Shown: positions 52,449-61,029 of the stretch, in pieces
How the letters are laid out: every line of letters begins with the position of its first letter
How positions within the stretch are numbered: position 1 is the stretch's first letter
From: Candidatus Aenigmatarchaeota archaeon
GTDB taxonomy: Archaea; Aenigmatarchaeota; Aenigmatarchaeia; CG10238-14; SCSR01
Direction of reading: 5' to 3'
Assembly (NCBI GenBank): GCA_039000425.1
Contig: JAWBPV010000004.1
Location: forward strand, 9,845-73,844
DNA length: 64,000 bases
Program-made: the position numbers and the translations under genes
Notes under the pieces: model-generated
Told to the model about the DNA's origin: nothing
Database searches by the model: none
The model's input: the letters and a program-made list of their open reading frames with translations, nothing else

Positions 52449-52540
52449 AGCCTCGTGAGGGATTCGAACCCTCAACCCTCCGCTTACAAGGTTCACCAGA
52501 GCTAAGCTCTTCGGATGCTCTACCGTTGAGCTAACGAGGC
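52449..52540 (-). tRNA. tRNA-Thr(UGU) with 20-nt intron at non-canonical position 30/31
   Basis: Acceptor GCCTCGT/ACGAGGC, D arm GCTC-AACGGTA-GAGC. Anticodon arm TCCG[intron 52492-52511]C-CTTGTAA-GCGGA. T arm GAGGG-TTCGAAT-CCCTC. Confidence 0.75.
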
Positions 52541-52581
52541 TTTCTAAAAATATAATTCCCTCAACTAAATTTAAAAATGAT

Positions 52582-53256
52582 ATGAGGGAAAAATTTTGTC
52601 CAAAATGTGGGAAAAAAACGGAAAAATTTTTTGAGAATTTGTGTGAAGAATGTTTTTTGTCCAAAATTTCTTTTTCAAAAATTTTTCCTGAAAAAATAAT
52701 TATAAAACAATGTGGAGGATGTGGTAAATTCTTTATCGAAAAACTTTCTTCTACTTCACTGGAAGGCTTGATAGATTCTTTCCTGCAAAGATTCCTTAAA
52801 AAAGAAGGAATAATTTCGATTAAATATTCATTGGAAGAAAACAGGATTGATCTTCGGATAATTTCAAGAACAGAAGGATTGAAAAAAGAGGAGGAGAAAA
52901 AAATCGATCTCAAGTTCAAAAAAATCGTTTGTCAATATTGCTGGATGAAATCTTCCGGTTATTTCCAAGCAGTAATTCAAGTTAGAGCTCCTATTGATTT
53001 GTTGGAAGAAGTGGAAGAAGATGTGGAAAAACAAATTAAAACTTTGAAAGAATTCGATGATTTAGCTTTCATATCAAAAATGGAGAGGAGGAAGAATGGA
53101 TTTGATTTCTTCCTCGGATCAAAAAATTCAGCAAATCGAATAGCGAGGTACTTAAAAGAAAAATACGGTGGAAAAATGAAGATAACGAGGAAGTTTGTGG
53201 GTTATTCAAAAGGAAAGAAAATTTATAGGGACACGATACTAATTTCTATTCCTTGA
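52582..53256 (+). CDS. NMD3-family protein (short archaeal form)
   Basis: 224 aa. Zn-ribbon series CPKCG...CEEC, CGGCGKF, CQYCW, then SGYFQAVIQVR, typical of the NMD3 N-terminal domain. Confidence 0.55.
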   Translation: MREKFCPKCGKKTEKFFENLCEECFLSKISFSKIFPEKIIIKQCGGCGKFFIEKLSSTSLEGLIDSFLQRFLKKEGIISIKYSLEENRIDLRIISRTEGLKKEEEKKIDLKFKKIVCQYCWMKSSGYFQAVIQVRAPIDLLEEVEEDVEKQIKTLKEFDDLAFISKMERRKNGFDFFLGSKNSANRIARYLKEKYGGKMKITRKFVGYSKGKKIYRDTILISIP

Positions 53257-53281
53257 AGTAAGAAATAATTAGGTTGGAAAA

Positions 53282-53605
53282 ATGGGAAAGAAACAAGAAC
53301 CAACTCAAGAAGAAATGGAAATAGCGAGGATAAGGATACCTAAGGAAGGAGAAATTTTGGGTGCTGTTGAGATGATGTTGGGTGGAGATAAATTAAAAGT
53401 TATTTGTGATGATGGTAACGTTAGGATTTGTAGGATTCCCGGGAAATTGAGGAAGAAAGTTTGGGTTGGTGCTGGTGATTTGGTCTTAGTTCAACCTTGG
53501 AAAGTTCAAAGTGGTGAAAGGGGGGATATAATATTCAAGTACACACCAACCCAAGCTAATTGGCTTAAGAGAAACGGTTTCGTGAAAAACCTTCCAGTAG
53601 AGTGA
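53282..53605 (+). CDS. eif1a: translation initiation factor aIF-1A
   Basis: 107 aa. RIPKEGEILGAVEMMLGGDKLKVICDDGNVRICRIPGKLRKKVWVGAGDLVLVQPW. Confidence 0.9.
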   Translation: MGKKQEPTQEEMEIARIRIPKEGEILGAVEMMLGGDKLKVICDDGNVRICRIPGKLRKKVWVGAGDLVLVQPWKVQSGERGDIIFKYTPTQANWLKRNGFVKNLPVE

Positions 53606-53606
53606 A

Positions 53607-54092
53607 ATGTTGGGTTTTGTTAGAATTCCTGAAGAAAGGTTGAAGATTTTTGAAAAGAGGGGGTACTTGAAGAAGTTGGAAGAATTGGTGAATTGTAAGA
53701 TAAAAGTTGATGAAGAAATTTCCATAGAATGTGAAGACCCTTTGTTGCTCTTAAGGGTTAAAGAAGTGGTGAAAGCTTTTGGCAGAGGCTTTAGTTTCGA
53801 CGATGCTTTGAACCTTTTAGACGAAGAATATTTCCTGGAAACTGTGAACATAAAGGATTTTTCTGGAAAATCTAAGAGCAGGTTTTTCCAGATAAAGGGA
53901 AGGGTTATAGGGAGTGAAGGAAAAGCAAAAAAATTAATAGAAAAATATACAAATGTTAAAATTGCGATTTATGGAAAAACTGTGTCGATAATAGGAAAGT
54001 GGGACGATGTTCAGAGAGCAAAGCAAGCAGTTGAAAGTTTGTTGATGGGAAGAAAGCATGGTACAGTTTTTAGGAATTTGACCGAGGTTTGA
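53607..54092 (+). CDS. KH-domain RNA-binding protein (Dim2/Pno1-like)
   Basis: 161 aa. Two KH-like segments (GRVIGSEGKAKKLIEKYTNVKIAIYG). Position after aIF-1A matches a common archaeal arrangement. Confidence 0.6.
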   Translation: MLGFVRIPEERLKIFEKRGYLKKLEELVNCKIKVDEEISIECEDPLLLLRVKEVVKAFGRGFSFDDALNLLDEEYFLETVNIKDFSGKSKSRFFQIKGRVIGSEGKAKKLIEKYTNVKIAIYGKTVSIIGKWDDVQRAKQAVESLLMGRKHGTVFRNLTEV

Positions 54093-55708
54093 AAATGGTT
54101 GAAGAGAGTATAGCTGAAAAGATGGCAAGGGATATGAAAGAAGTTTCGGTAGCGGAATTTTTCGAGAAGAATAGGCACTTGCTCGGTTATGAAAATCCAA
54201 CAAAAGCTTTGTTGACTGTAGTAAAAGAAGCAGTTGATAACAGCTTGGATGCTTGTGGTGAAGCTGGGATCCTACCAGAGATAAAAGTTGTGGTTAAACC
54301 TTTGAACGCTGACAGGTTTAAGATTTTGGTTGAAGACAATGGCCCGGGTGTTGTGGAGTCAAAAGTTCCTTATGCTTTCGGTAAATTCCTCTACGGATCC
54401 AAATTCCACAAACTTAAACAATCTAGAGGGATCCAGGGCCTTGGGATTCACGGAGCAGTACTTTACTCTCAACTAACGACAGGTAAACCAACTAAGATAA
54501 CAACTAGCACTGGAAAAGAGATTCATACTTTCGAACTGATGATAGACGTGGTTAAAAACGAACCTATAGTACTTTCTCACAAAGTGGAAAAAAATCCGAA
54601 GAAATGGCATGGTGTTATAATAGAGATGGAAGTTGAAGGGAAATACGTTGAAAGAGCTCAATCTATCCCAGAGTACTTGAAACAAACTGCAATAGCGAAC
54701 CCTTACGCAAGGATAATATTCGAAGGACCAAACGGCAAAATGGAATTCGAAAGGGCTGTTGAAGAAATTCCAAAACAACCCAAAGAGATAAAACCACATC
54801 CTTACGGTGTGGAACTAGGTTTGTTGAGGAGGATGTTATCAACCACAAAAACAAGGAATTTAATACAATTCTTGACTACCGAATTTTCAAGGGTGGGAAG
54901 GAAATCGGCGGAACAAATTTGCAAGCTTGCCAAGCTCGGATTTGATAAAAAACCACAAGATTTAACTCATGAAGAATCGGAAAGATTACACAAAGCTATG
55001 CAATTGGTTAAACTCATGGCTCCCCCAACGGATTGTCTCTCTCCTTTAGGTGAAAAGCTGATAACAGAAGGATTGAAGAAAGAAACTGGTGCTGATCATG
55101 TCGTAGCTGTTACAAGACAACCAAGCGTTTACCGAGGAAATCCGTTTTTAGTTGAAGTTGGTTTAGCTTACGGAGGAAAAATTCCTCCAGATCAAGCCCA
55201 ACTCTTGAGATTCGCCAACAAAGTTCCATTACTTTACCATCAATCTGACTGTGCTTTGACTGAAGCAACCTCAGAAACAGATTTCAGAAGGTATGGGTTG
55301 CCACAATCTCAAGGTCAGCTCCCTTCCGCTCCTTTAGTGATATTGATCCATTTCGCTTCAGTTTGGGTACCTTTCACTTCTGAAGGTAAGCAAGCCATAG
55401 CTAAATACCCGGAAATAATAAAAGAAGTTAAGTTAGCTTTACAAGATGCTGGAAGGAAGTTAGCTTCTTACATAAGGGAACAAAGAAGGTTGAAAGAAAG
55501 ACAGATGAGGAGACAAATATTTGAAAGGTATGTACCGGAAGTTGCGAAAGCTCTTGCTAAATTAACTAACAAAGATCAAAAGATTATATTGAAGAAATTG
55601 GAAGATATGATGAAGAAGAAAGTGGATCTGTTACAAGATTTGGAAAATATTGAAGGGGAACAAAGTTTAAGAAAGGGGGAAAATGAAGGAAGCGAAGAAA
55701 AAGCTTGA
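54089..55708 (+). CDS. top6B: DNA topoisomerase VI subunit B
   Basis: 539 aa. GHKL ATPase motifs (KEAVDNSLDA, DNGPGV, GIQGLG). Followed by top6A. Confidence 0.9.
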   Translation: MKMVEESIAEKMARDMKEVSVAEFFEKNRHLLGYENPTKALLTVVKEAVDNSLDACGEAGILPEIKVVVKPLNADRFKILVEDNGPGVVESKVPYAFGKFLYGSKFHKLKQSRGIQGLGIHGAVLYSQLTTGKPTKITTSTGKEIHTFELMIDVVKNEPIVLSHKVEKNPKKWHGVIIEMEVEGKYVERAQSIPEYLKQTAIANPYARIIFEGPNGKMEFERAVEEIPKQPKEIKPHPYGVELGLLRRMLSTTKTRNLIQFLTTEFSRVGRKSAEQICKLAKLGFDKKPQDLTHEESERLHKAMQLVKLMAPPTDCLSPLGEKLITEGLKKETGADHVVAVTRQPSVYRGNPFLVEVGLAYGGKIPPDQAQLLRFANKVPLLYHQSDCALTEATSETDFRRYGLPQSQGQLPSAPLVILIHFASVWVPFTSEGKQAIAKYPEIIKEVKLALQDAGRKLASYIREQRRLKERQMRRQIFERYVPEVAKALAKLTNKDQKIILKKLEDMMKKKVDLLQDLENIEGEQSLRKGENEGSEEKA

Positions 55709-56756
55709 AGATCTGGGAGAAAAAGTTTTGAGAGATATAGAGAAGATGGAAAACCCTAGCATAGACGTTCCAATTCGCTCACTATCAAATATAATTTACG
55801 ATAAGAAGACTGGTATGTTACTCCTTGGAAATAAAACCGCTAAAAGGTACTTGTTCCATGTCGGACATTCAAAAAAATTCATGCAAACGATGCTGGTTGC
55901 AGCTTTTTGTAAAGAATTGATAGAACAAAACCTCCACACGAGCTTGAGAGATTTGTTTTATGCTTTGAAGAGGACTTTACCAAATTCCAATGAAAATACT
56001 TTCAACGAACAAAATGAAAGCGATCCTATCGTGGTAGATCTTGAAGTTATGTTGAACATTTTAAGAGAGCAATTGCATCTAAACGCTGATGTGAGAGGTA
56101 GAATCGTTGGAGATGTTGTTATAAGGGATAGGGGAGATACTATAGACTGGTCAAAACTTGGTTCTGGAGGTTGGGCCATACCTAGCAACGTTGAAGATCT
56201 GGAATTCAAGAAGGTGAAAGCGAATTTCATCCTTGTAATAGAGAAGAACGCAGCTTTTGAAAGATTGCATGAAGATAAATTCTGGAAAAAGCATGAATGT
56301 ATTCTAGTTACAACTCAAGGTCAAGCTGCAAGGGGTACGAGGAGGTTGATACAAAGACTAGCTACGGAATTCGATTTACCAGTTTACGTTTTTTCAGATG
56401 CAGATAGCTATGGTTGGTACATCTACTCTGTTATAAAATATGGATCAATGAGCTTGGCCCATGTTTCGGATAGATTGGGAACACCTAACGCGAAATTCCT
56501 CGGTTTGACGATAAGCGATATAGATAAATTCGGCCTGAAAGATTTCACGATAAAAGCGGAAGAAGTTGATATAAAAAGGGCTAAAGAGATGTTGAATTAT
56601 GAATGGTTTAAGCATCCAGCTTGGCAAAAAGAGTTGAAGATGATGATAGAGAGGAAGATAAAAGCTGAGTTGGAAGCTTTATCAGGAAAGGGGTTGAAAT
56701 TCATAACTGAAAACTATTTACCAGAGAAAATAGAGAAGGAAGATTTCTTACCTTAA
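55683..56756 (+). CDS. top6A: DNA topoisomerase VI subunit A (Spo11 family)
   Basis: 357 aa. Toprim region ILVIEKNAAFERL...VTTQGQAARGTRRL...VFSDADSYGWYIY. Confidence 0.9.
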   Translation: MKEAKKKLEDLGEKVLRDIEKMENPSIDVPIRSLSNIIYDKKTGMLLLGNKTAKRYLFHVGHSKKFMQTMLVAAFCKELIEQNLHTSLRDLFYALKRTLPNSNENTFNEQNESDPIVVDLEVMLNILREQLHLNADVRGRIVGDVVIRDRGDTIDWSKLGSGGWAIPSNVEDLEFKKVKANFILVIEKNAAFERLHEDKFWKKHECILVTTQGQAARGTRRLIQRLATEFDLPVYVFSDADSYGWYIYSVIKYGSMSLAHVSDRLGTPNAKFLGLTISDIDKFGLKDFTIKAEEVDIKRAKEMLNYEWFKHPAWQKELKMMIERKIKAELEALSGKGLKFITENYLPEKIEKEDFLP

Positions 56757-56797
56757 AATTTTAAAAGTTGCTTTCACTTTACCTATTTAATGGAAGT

Positions 56798-57496
56798 ATG
56801 AAGAATTTTGCTTTGATACCCGCTTACAACGAAGAAGAAAATATAGAAGAGGTTGTTAAGAGGATAAAGAAATGTGGATTGGTACCGATAGTGATAGATG
56901 ATTGTTCAAAAGATAGAACTTTTGAGCTCGCGAAAAAAGCAGGGGCTTTAGTTTTGAGGCATGAAGTTAACAAGGGAAAGGGAGAAGCTATAAAGACTGG
57001 AATAAGCTTCTTGTTGAAAAGGTATGTTGTGGATAATGTTGTCGTGATAGATGCTGACTTGCAGTATTCGCCTGAAGAATCTTTGAAACTGATAAAACCT
57101 TTGGAAGAAGGTAAAGCTGATTTTGTGATGGGAAAAAGGGATTGGTCGAAAGTACCTTTCATGCACAGATTTGGAAATTTTTTATGGAGATTTTTTTTCA
57201 ACTTCTTCTTTGAACAAAGACTTTCAGACACGAATTGTGGCTTCGTCGCTTTTTCAAGGAAAGCTATGGAAAAATTGAAAGATCAAGTGCATGGTGGCTA
57301 CATATTGGAAGATGAAATGTTGATAGCTATGGTGAAGAATAGATTGAAAATAACTCAAGTTCCCGTTGAAGTTACTTATAAAAAAACTTCAAGTTTTTTA
57401 AGAGGTGTGAGGATGGTTTTAGGGATTTTAATTTTCGTTGTTAGAGAAGGTTTGAAGTACAAGATTTCAAAGTTAATCGATAAATTAAAAAAATGA
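56798..57496 (+). CDS. family 2 glycosyltransferase (dolichyl-phosphate sugar synthase-like)
   Basis: ATG 56798. ALIPAYNEEENI, VIDDCSKDRT, VIDADLQYSPEE. Confidence 0.75.
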   Translation: MKNFALIPAYNEEENIEEVVKRIKKCGLVPIVIDDCSKDRTFELAKKAGALVLRHEVNKGKGEAIKTGISFLLKRYVVDNVVVIDADLQYSPEESLKLIKPLEEGKADFVMGKRDWSKVPFMHRFGNFLWRFFFNFFFEQRLSDTNCGFVAFSRKAMEKLKDQVHGGYILEDEMLIAMVKNRLKITQVPVEVTYKKTSSFLRGVRMVLGILIFVVREGLKYKISKLIDKLKK

Positions 57497-57509
57497 GAAA
57501 TAATTAGAA

Positions 57510-57597
57510 GGGACGGTAGCTCAACCCGGGAGAGCAACCTTCGGCTCTAGATCGCCTGAAGAGCGATGTGTTGTGGGTTCAAATCCCACCCGTCCCA
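57510..57597 (+). tRNA. tRNA-Phe(GAA) with 14-nt insertion at the D-arm/anticodon-stem junction (about 26/27)
   Basis: Acceptor GGGACGG/CCGTCCC, D arm GCTC-AACCCGGGA-GAGC, extra ACCTTCGGCTCTAG (57537-57550). Anticodon arm ATCGC-CTGAAGA-GCGAT, T arm GTGGG-TTCAAAT-CCCAC. Confidence 0.75.
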
Positions 57598-57626
57598 TTT
57601 TTATTCTTCACGAGTAATTTAATTTC

Positions 57627-58139
57627 ATGAAGCTGACTATAGTTCAACTCGGTAAAATAAATGAAAACGTGCTTACTGCTGTAACGAACGAACTAAGAGA
57701 AAAATTCAATTTTGAAACACAAACAACACAGCCTATTAAAATACCTTCAGAATTTTACAACGCTATTCGTCGACAATATCCTGCTCCATTGATATTGAAG
57801 TTCCTCTCTGAAAAGTTCAGAGGTAAAACTTTGGGTATGACGGACGAAGACCTTTACGCAGAATCTCTTAATTTCGTTTTCGGTCAAGCTTATTGTCCTG
57901 GAAATTTCGCCGTAGTTTCTATTCATCGACTTGACCCAACTTTCTACAAACAAAAACCTAACGAGAAGCTTTTGATAGAAAGAGCTGTGAAAGAGGCTGT
58001 TCACGAAGTAGGTCACATGTTAGGTTTAACCCATTGCCCAACATCAACTTGTGTTATGAGTTTTTCGAACACGATAAGCGATGTTGATAAGAAGAGTAAA
58101 GATCTTTGCGAAAGTTGCAACAGGAAGATATGGGTTTGA
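57627..58139 (+). CDS. amzA: archaemetzincin
   Basis: 170 aa. HEVGHMLGLTHCPTSTCVM...CESC matches the archaemetzincin consensus HExxHxxGxxxCxxxxCxM...CxxC. Confidence 0.85.
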   Translation: MKLTIVQLGKINENVLTAVTNELREKFNFETQTTQPIKIPSEFYNAIRRQYPAPLILKFLSEKFRGKTLGMTDEDLYAESLNFVFGQAYCPGNFAVVSIHRLDPTFYKQKPNEKLLIERAVKEAVHEVGHMLGLTHCPTSTCVMSFSNTISDVDKKSKDLCESCNRKIWV

Positions 58140-58178
58140 AGATAACATTTTTAAAAACCGTTGAAGTAAATTAGATGT

Positions 58179-58745
58179 ATGGTGGACAAGATTTTTGAAG
58201 GAGAATTGATAGAGAATAGGGTCATAATATGGGATAGAGAATCCGTTAGACTTTATGATGACTCTGGCTACGGGAAACCAACTCCCGAAGATAATCCACA
58301 AAGACTCGAGCTTGAACTCGTGGAGGCCGCGTACTTGCTCGAGAAAGGCAAGATAAAGGTTTTCATCAAAGAAGGTGAGAAGAAGAAATTCTTGGATTTG
58401 AAAGAATTGGTTGAAATAGCTAGTAAAAACGTAAACCAATTCCACCCGCAGTTCATTGTGTACAGAGACTTGAGGGATAGAGGGTATCTTGTGAAAACGG
58501 GCTTCAAGTTCGGAGCACACTTCAGGGTTTACGAAAGGGGTGTGAAGCTTGTTAGAGGGCCTAAGGCTCCACACGAGCACACTAAGTTTGTTGTCCATGC
58601 TGTACCTGAAGAAGCAGCTTTTTCTTTACCAGAGATGTCAAGGGCTGTGAGGCTTGCCCATAACATAAGGGCAACTTTCGTTTGGGCAGTTGTCGATAGG
58701 GAGAACGACTGCACTTACTATGAAATAAAGCGGCTCACACCTTAG
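58179..58745 (+). CDS. endA: tRNA-splicing endonuclease (catalytic-type subunit)
   Basis: 188 aa. YRDLRDRGYLVKTGFKFGAHFRVYERG and HEHTKFVVHAV are typical of archaeal EndA. Confidence 0.85.
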   Translation: MVDKIFEGELIENRVIIWDRESVRLYDDSGYGKPTPEDNPQRLELELVEAAYLLEKGKIKVFIKEGEKKKFLDLKELVEIASKNVNQFHPQFIVYRDLRDRGYLVKTGFKFGAHFRVYERGVKLVRGPKAPHEHTKFVVHAVPEEAAFSLPEMSRAVRLAHNIRATFVWAVVDRENDCTYYEIKRLTP

Positions 58746-58756
58746 TCAGTGGTCTC

Positions 58757-58945
58757 ATGGGAAGGATAAAGACCTCTTTCATAAAGAACATAGCTGAAGA
58801 ACTTTTGAGTAAAAATCCTGAAAAATTTTCCACAGATTTTGAGATTAATAAAAAGGTTGTTGATGAGTTGATCCAACTCAAATCGAAAAGGATAAGGAAT
58901 GTTGTAGCAGGTTACATAACTTCTGTTAAGAAAAGAGCGCAATAA
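58757..58945 (+). CDS. rps17e: 30S ribosomal protein eS17 (S17e)
   Basis: 62 aa. MGRIKTSFIKNIAEELLSKNPEKFSTDFEINKK. Confidence 0.85.
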   Translation: MGRIKTSFIKNIAEELLSKNPEKFSTDFEINKKVVDELIQLKSKRIRNVVAGYITSVKKRAQ

Positions 58946-58987
58946 AAACTTATCCTTAAGCGAGATAATTAAAATTAGGGAATTTGA

Positions 58988-60088
58988 ATGAAATCTCAAA
59001 TAGACGAGTTCGCTCTAGTGCTTTTGGCAGGTTTAATATTAGTAGGTATACTAGTAGTAGTTTGGACTTCCCAAGCTTCTCAACAACTTACCGTTAACCC
59101 GAAATCGAAGCATTTGGTCGTAGCAAGGGGTTCTTCCTCCTATTTTTTCATTTTCTTGAACGGAAGTGCTGAAAACGTTAGTTTGAGAAGTTCTGGAGAG
59201 GTTGCGAACTGGATAAGTTTTGAAAGGAATATGCTGAACGTGAAAGATTTTGAAAAAGTTAAAGTTTTAGTTACCGTTCCAACAACAGCTTCCTACGGTG
59301 TACATTGGGGGGAAATTTACGTGGAAGCTTTGGGTTTTAAAGAAATAATTCCAATTTCGATCAACGTATCAACGAGAACCGAACGTGAAAAAATATCCTT
59401 CTCTTTCGGTGATTTCAAAGTTGGCTACATAGTTGGTGAAGAGGTAATCATGGAGAAAGAAAATATAAAAGTGGAAAAAGGATATTTCCATGAGAATTCC
59501 CCAAACTTTGCTGTTTTGATCCCAGAAGAGAAGTTGCCTTTGATCTCAAGCGCTTACTTGCAAGTTGAAATAGAAAAGACAAACTCTTTGGGAAGCTTGA
59601 TATTTGAATTTAACGATGAAAAAATTTTTGAAAAGAAAGTTGGGGTTGGGGAAGTTGTAATACCAATTAAAAAAGAATTGATAAATAAATCCAATTCAAT
59701 AGTTTTGAAAACAGTACAACCAGGCTTAATCTTTTGGTCGAACTCTTTTTATAGAATTAAAGCTTTGAAGTTTATACTAGAGTACAACGGAACAATCTTC
59801 AAAGATTTTGAATTTTTCTTGGAAGATTTTGAAGTTCTGAATTTTAAGGAAGGCTTGGTGAGCATGGTAACGAAGGTTTATGATCTAGGTTTGCCACGAA
59901 GAGAAGCGAAATTGATAATAGAGATAAACGGTAATAAAATTTTCGAAGATGTACCACCATATTTCTTGATGAAAAAATTTGGAGAAGAAGTTGATATCAA
60001 AGCTGGAAAAAATGTTATATCTTTTTCAACTTCGATCGGAGGGTCTTACTCGCTTGAAGAAGTTGTCCTCACGATTTTCCAGTACTAA
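58988..60088 (+). CDS. N-terminally anchored (pilin-signal-like) beta-sandwich surface protein
   Basis: 366 aa. MKSQIDEFALVLLAGLILVGILVVVW, then NEW3/CARDB-like WISFERNMLNV...VKVLVTVPTTASYGVHWGEIYV; the fold is inference. Confidence 0.55.
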   Translation: MKSQIDEFALVLLAGLILVGILVVVWTSQASQQLTVNPKSKHLVVARGSSSYFFIFLNGSAENVSLRSSGEVANWISFERNMLNVKDFEKVKVLVTVPTTASYGVHWGEIYVEALGFKEIIPISINVSTRTEREKISFSFGDFKVGYIVGEEVIMEKENIKVEKGYFHENSPNFAVLIPEEKLPLISSAYLQVEIEKTNSLGSLIFEFNDEKIFEKKVGVGEVVIPIKKELINKSNSIVLKTVQPGLIFWSNSFYRIKALKFILEYNGTIFKDFEFFLEDFEVLNFKEGLVSMVTKVYDLGLPRREAKLIIEINGNKIFEDVPPYFLMKKFGEEVDIKAGKNVISFSTSIGGSYSLEEVVLTIFQY

Positions 60089-60849
60089 ACCGAGAGGATA
60101 AGCCTTAAAGCATCTCTGGTTCCTGTGGATGCGCCCAAGACTGCGATCAAGAGCTTGACAAAATTCTTCGATTCTTCATCCCCTTTAATCTTATCGAGTA
60201 TGAAGAGAATTAAAAAAACGATCAAAGCTTTGAAGAATATGAAAGAAATAGGTCCGAAATTTTGGATCAAAATATTTGGTAAAACGTGCATTTCTTCATA
60301 ACCGAAAAAATTAATACCTACGAAGCTAACAGTTGCGTCGAAAATTTGGGTTAAGAAAACTGCTTTGTTCTCTTTTTTCCATTTCAAGATTTTCATGGAT
60401 ATAAGCCATGGTGAAAATAAAATGGAGATGAAAATAAAAGGTAAGAGGTTGTTGATCTTGGATATTGCGATCGTGAAAAATGGTGAAAGAATTAGTACTC
60501 CGATAAGAAATGTTATTTTCGAATAAGGAATTTTGAACTTCTTTTGAAGGAACGTTGAGAAGAATAGTGTTAAAGATAAAAACAAGCCCAAAGTCAAGTA
60601 GATCAAGGGTGTTACGAGAAGTACGCTGTAAAAAACATTGGCGTCGATAAGAACTCTTAAACAACTCCCGAGCAATATGAACGGCACAAAAGATACAGCT
60701 AAGTTTGCATCAATTTTTATCCTAATGAATCTCAAGAACGAGAAAAAAATGTAGGAAGAAATCACAAAGCCGATCGCGTAGAATAGGGTGTTGAATAAAG
60801 TGTATTCGGGTTGTGGTAAGAGGATAGAGGATAAATTTTCAATTCCCAT
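60085..60849 (-). CDS. polytopic membrane protein (possibly DUF63-like)
   Basis: Start at ATG 60849 (MGIENLSS...), because the longer ORF runs into tRNA-Val. About 7 hydrophobic helices. Family assignment is tentative. Confidence 0.5.
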   Translation of the reverse strand: MGIENLSSILLPQPEYTLFNTLFYAIGFVISSYIFFSFLRFIRIKIDANLAVSFVPFILLGSCLRVLIDANVFYSVLLVTPLIYLTLGLFLSLTLFFSTFLQKKFKIPYSKITFLIGVLILSPFFTIAISKINNLLPFIFISILFSPWLISMKILKWKKENKAVFLTQIFDATVSFVGINFFGYEEMHVLPNILIQNFGPISFIFFKALIVFLILFILDKIKGDEESKNFVKLLIAVLGASTGTRDALRLILSV

Positions 60850-60881
60850 ATTCAGAACATATAATTCTTTTCTTAAATTGA

Positions 60882-60963
60882 TGGGTCCGTTGGGAGTTGA
60901 ACCCAATTCTCCACCGTGTGAGGGTTCCGCTACCTTGGCGTCCTACCGTTAGACTACGGACCC
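60882..60963 (-). tRNA. tRNA-Val(CAC) with 11-nt intron in the anticodon stem (29/30 or 28/29)
   Basis: Acceptor GGGTCCG/CGGACCC, D arm GTCT-AACGGTA-GGAC. Anticodon arm CCA[intron 60925-60935]CC-CTCACAC-GGTGG. T arm TTGGG-TTCAACT-CCCAA. Confidence 0.7.
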
Positions 60964-61029
60964 GATATTATTTATTTACACCCATATTAATTCATATTTC
61001 GATGGGAAAATTGAAAAAAGGTTTTTGAA

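Noticed and set aside
52260-52919. 219-aa minus-strand ORF
   Set aside because: It overlaps the 3' end of the reductase gene, the whole tRNA-Thr and the NMD3-like gene. It is low-complexity (S/F/I/N-rich) and is a spurious antisense frame.
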